DNA of 63,142 nt, filler included, from Octopus bimaculoides (taxonomy: Eukaryota), in NCBI RefSeq assembly GCF_001194135.2. It is 7 parts of 7 records of this genome, joined end to end, with 100 filler letters (N's around TTAATTAATTAA, not from the genome) between each part and the next. Parts side by side here need not be neighbours in the genome. Positions count along the whole stretch, not along the records: positions 60,853 to 63,142 come from NW_026344172.1; 6 more parts are not named here. One strand, 5' to 3'. Made by a program: the position numbers and the translations under genes. Below are positions 62,106 through 63,142 of this stretch, piece after piece. Under the pieces are notes generated by a model, which did no database searches, was not told the DNA's origin, and saw only the letters and a list, made by a program, of their open reading frames with translations. How positions within the stretch are numbered: position 1 is the first letter of the stretch; every line of letters begins with the position of its first letter.

Positions 62106-62959
62106 TAATACCAATAAGACAGGAACTTTGTATTGTGAGAAATAAGGCTATGAAAAAGGTTAGCTATTCCTTGAACTTCTATTAAAGGCTGAAAAAGATG
62201 TAAAAATATGCACACAACAAATATAAAGTGCATATGTGTGTGTGTATATATCACATACATACACACATATGTATACATATATATACATACACACACATAC
62301 ACAGAAAAAAAAATTGAAACACCAAACCATTTTATGCTTCTATTGGCCACATATCTTTTTCAACAGATTTCTAGATCTGCAAGACTGTCCATTAAAATTA
62401 CTTGCCATAACCTTTAAAAATAAAGGTCACTGGTGAGTGAGATAATTACTCACAGCAAGCAAAATTTAAATACTGGAAATCACTGCTGTGCACCCATAAG
62501 GTGAGAGAAAGTATAGGTGATTAACGTGGAACAACAAGGGAGTTAGCAACGGGGAAAGGGGTCAGAGAGAAGTAGGGCAAGGTAAATAGCAACAGGGGTA
62601 AAAAGTTTTCAAGGAGAATTANNNNNNNNNNAGTAAAGATTTTTTTCTTTTTAAATAATAATAATAATAATGAAAAAAAGTGGATGGGGAGTAACTTTCT
62701 TTTGATCCCTTATACTTGTTGAAGCCAACTTGCCCTAAAACCAACCTACAGAGGCAATCTAAATGTATTGGCATGAAAAGTAAACCACACAACTGCTGCT
62801 ACATCTTGCCAATGCCAACCAGCTGAGAGTTTAGATGTGGGAAGACAAAATTGAAATAAAGCAGCAAAGCAAAGTATTCTCAGAAAAATTCAAAGACTTA
62901 TAGAATTCTTCAGGATAGGTTTCTAAAATAAATTAAGATGAGGAATAGTCACTAACAAA

Positions 62960-63115
62960 CTGCAGAGGAATTTCCATATGGATTTTAGGATGGTAAATGG
63001 CTCTTGCTAGATGCCAACAACGATCTTGACACAAACATGTCATAGTGGTACACTGCCTATTACACTTACAAGTCAGACACCCACTCAGAGTGAACATCAT
63101 TTGATTCCTTTTCAT
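62960..63115 (-). pseudogene. Possible Cys-cluster (CxC-x3-C-x4-CxC) remnant like the C-terminus of Ginger/integrase-type transposases
   Basis: Minus strand GCLTCKCNRQCTTMTCLC; short, at the window edge, unconfirmed. Confidence 0.25.
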
Positions 63116-63142
63116 AACAATCTTGCAGTCTTATGAACAACC

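Overview
Eukaryotic, AT-rich, repeat-dominated draft-assembly DNA with many N gaps. The repeat repertoire (tRNA-headed SINEs carrying internal microsatellites, RTE LINEs with (GAT)n tails, dense di/tri/tetranucleotide runs) resembles an Octopus/coleoid cephalopod genome; this is an inference from recalled repeat patterns, not a database match. Almost all long ORFs in the supplied track are artefacts of N gaps or microsatellites. One convincing host coding exon is present (45689-45983, +): a signal peptide, a 10-Cys TSP1-like module and a perfect GTGAGT phase-1 donor. It has an exact 51-bp minisatellite just upstream and an 89-bp-arm near-perfect hairpin just downstream. Other recognisable items: a probable decayed LRR/Toll-like-receptor relic (~11.85-13.5 kb), a DD37D maT (Tc1/mariner) transposon, RTE, R4/Dong-like and Penelope-like retroelement fragments, several minimal Penelope-type hammerhead ribozyme motifs (one with an intact core inside an inverted repeat at ~43 kb), and several SINE families, including module-swapped variants and a head-to-tail array. 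No rRNA, intact tRNA or CRISPR array was seen. All family calls come from manual motif reading and need HMM/BLAST confirmation.
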